This document shows positions 62,515 to 64,000 of a DNA stretch of 64,000 nt, piece by piece. The notes under the pieces were generated by a model, which saw only the letters and a list, made by a program, of their open reading frames with translations, had not been told where the DNA came from and made no database searches. Within the stretch, counting starts at the first letter, position 1. Each line of letters opens with the position of its first letter. Origin of the DNA: Sphaerodactylus townsendi (Eukaryota); assembly GCF_021028975.2 (NCBI RefSeq), contig NC_059439.1:30256001-30320000 (forward strand), read 5' to 3'. The position numbers were made by a program, and so were the translations under genes.

Positions 62515-62950
62515 CGTCATGGGCCACCCTATGGGCAGTTACCTGGACTCAGAGGACTTGGATGCAGAACCTGCTAATGCCAGGCACTCAGAAGTGAATC
62601 CTTCCAAGGAAGCAAAAGCTGCTAGGTGAGGAAATTTATGCAGAAGAGTCAGCTACCAGCTCTTCCTCCCCTGATATCACGCAGGTGAGAGAACCTCCAT
62701 CAAGCCCTGTGATGAGCCAGCTGTGCAAAGGAGGTGGAGCAGGTACAGAACCAAAGAAGTGATTGTTTTTCTGCCAGGTATGGCAGAAGACTCTGTGAGA
62801 TGGAGGCACCTGCATCTGAGGAGGGCTGAGCTCTTGCAGGATCTCAGCCTCAGCAAGCTGAGCTTCCCATATAAACTGTGCCTTGGGTTTAGCTCTGCCT
62901 GGGTGCACTTCCTGCTGGATCTTCCCGTGCTTGCTGCAGCTCCCATGACA
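62515..62950 (+). mobile_element. Possible solo LTR
   Basis: Inverted termini (c)gtcatggg..cccatgaca and an internal TATA (catataaa ~62868); no matching TSD. Confidence 0.4.
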
Positions 62951-63037
62951 TTTCCTTTCCTACTAGCCTTTCATCCATTTGTTATGTTTTGCAAAGCATC
63001 AGGGAGAAATAAGCAAGGAGGGCACTTTTCTTGCATT

Positions 63038-63320
63038 GGAGCAGCAGTGAAGTAGCAGGTTAAGAGTAGGTGCACTCTAATCTGGGGAACTGGGTTTGAT
63101 TTCCGCTCTGCCACTTCAGCTGTGGAGGCTTACCTGGAAAACTAAATTAGTCTGTGCACTCAAAACACACGCCAGCTGGGTGACCTTGGGCTAGTCACAG
63201 AGCTCTCTCAGCCCCACCCACCCCACAGGGTGTTTGCTGTGGTGGGGAAGGGAAAGGAGATCGTAAGCCCCTTTGAGTCTCCTTCCAGGAGAGAAAGAGG
63301 GGATATAAATCCAACTCTTC
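63038..63320 (+). mobile_element. Squam3-like SINE
   Basis: Head, CORE and ggatataaatccaactcttc tail. Confidence 0.83.
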
Positions 63321-63412
63321 GTTAGTAAAGTCTGCCTGTTTCCAGCAAGAGGTGGACCTTCTTGGAAAGAAGTTAAGGGCCACTCCACATTTTTTGCACA
63401 GGCTCCTGGTTT

Positions 63413-63862
63413 GCATGGGGTAGAAAATGTTGACAGGGAGAAATTTTTCTCTCTTTCTCACAATACTAGAACCAGGGGGCATTCATTGAAAATGCTGGGG
63501 GGAAGAATTAGGACTAATAAAAGGACTAATAAAAGAAAACACTTCTTCACACAACGTGTGATTGGTGTTTGGAATATGCTGCCACAGGAGAGGGTGATGG
63601 CCACTAACCTGGATAGCTTTAAAAAGGGCTTGGACAGATTTATGGAGGAGAAGTCAATCTATGGCTACCAATCTTGATCCTCCTTGATCTGAGATTGCAA
63701 ATGCCTTAGCAGACCAGGTGCTCAGCAGCAGCAGCAGCAGCAGGCCATTGCTTTCACCTCCTGCACGTGAGCTCCCAAAGGCACCTGGTGGGCCACTGCG
63801 AGTAGCAGAGTGCTGGACTAGATGGACTCTGGTCTGATCCAGCTGGTGTGTTCTTATGTTCT
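63413..63862 (+). mobile_element. CR1 LINE 3' fragment
   Basis: HGVENVDREKFF..EEKSIYGYQS*; tail gttcttatgttct; 12-bp internal duplication aggactaataaa. Confidence 0.9.
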
Positions 63863-64000
63863 GGTTGATACTGCCCCACTGTGTCTCCTGCACAGTAATA
63901 ATTGGCAGAATCTGCAACAGTCACTGAGGCCAGCCTCAGAAAGTATCCACTGAGATGGTGATTCTGTCTCTGAAATCTGGAGCATAGTAACTGCTTCCAT

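Overview
Vertebrate genomic DNA. The repeat content (Squam3-like and Sauria SINEs, CR1, Penelope-like fragments, hAT MITEs) points to a squamate reptile, probably a gecko. Left to right: (1) the 3' 7.8 kb of a giant single-exon sacsin-like ORF that is open at the window start, carries an HSP90-like SIRPT repeat, an HPD J-domain and a HEPN domain, and is too divergent to be SACS itself; (2) FIZ1 and ZNF579 C2H2 zinc-finger genes in tandem on +, each behind a CpG-rich non-coding first exon; (3) a replication-dependent histone mini-cluster, H4(+) ... H1(+) H3(-) H4(+) H4(+) H3(+) H1(-), with 3' stem-loops and no H2A/H2B, whose H1-H3 units form a ~2.6 kb-arm inverted duplication around two H4 genes; (4) a two-exon C19orf85-like gene on -, which the ORF track splits in two; (5) a TE-rich right end. 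Most notable: intact minimal hammerhead ribozyme motifs in Penelope-like fold-back fragments (one sense-strand in the ZNF579 intron, one just downstream of an apparent orphan histone-type promoter), a same-strand YY1-site array at FIZ1, a CR1-interrupted fold-back just after the ZNF579 stop, and the divergent sacsin paralogue. Lesions in three histone copies are probably assembly errors. All identifications come from reading the sequence and recalled family motifs; no database search was run.
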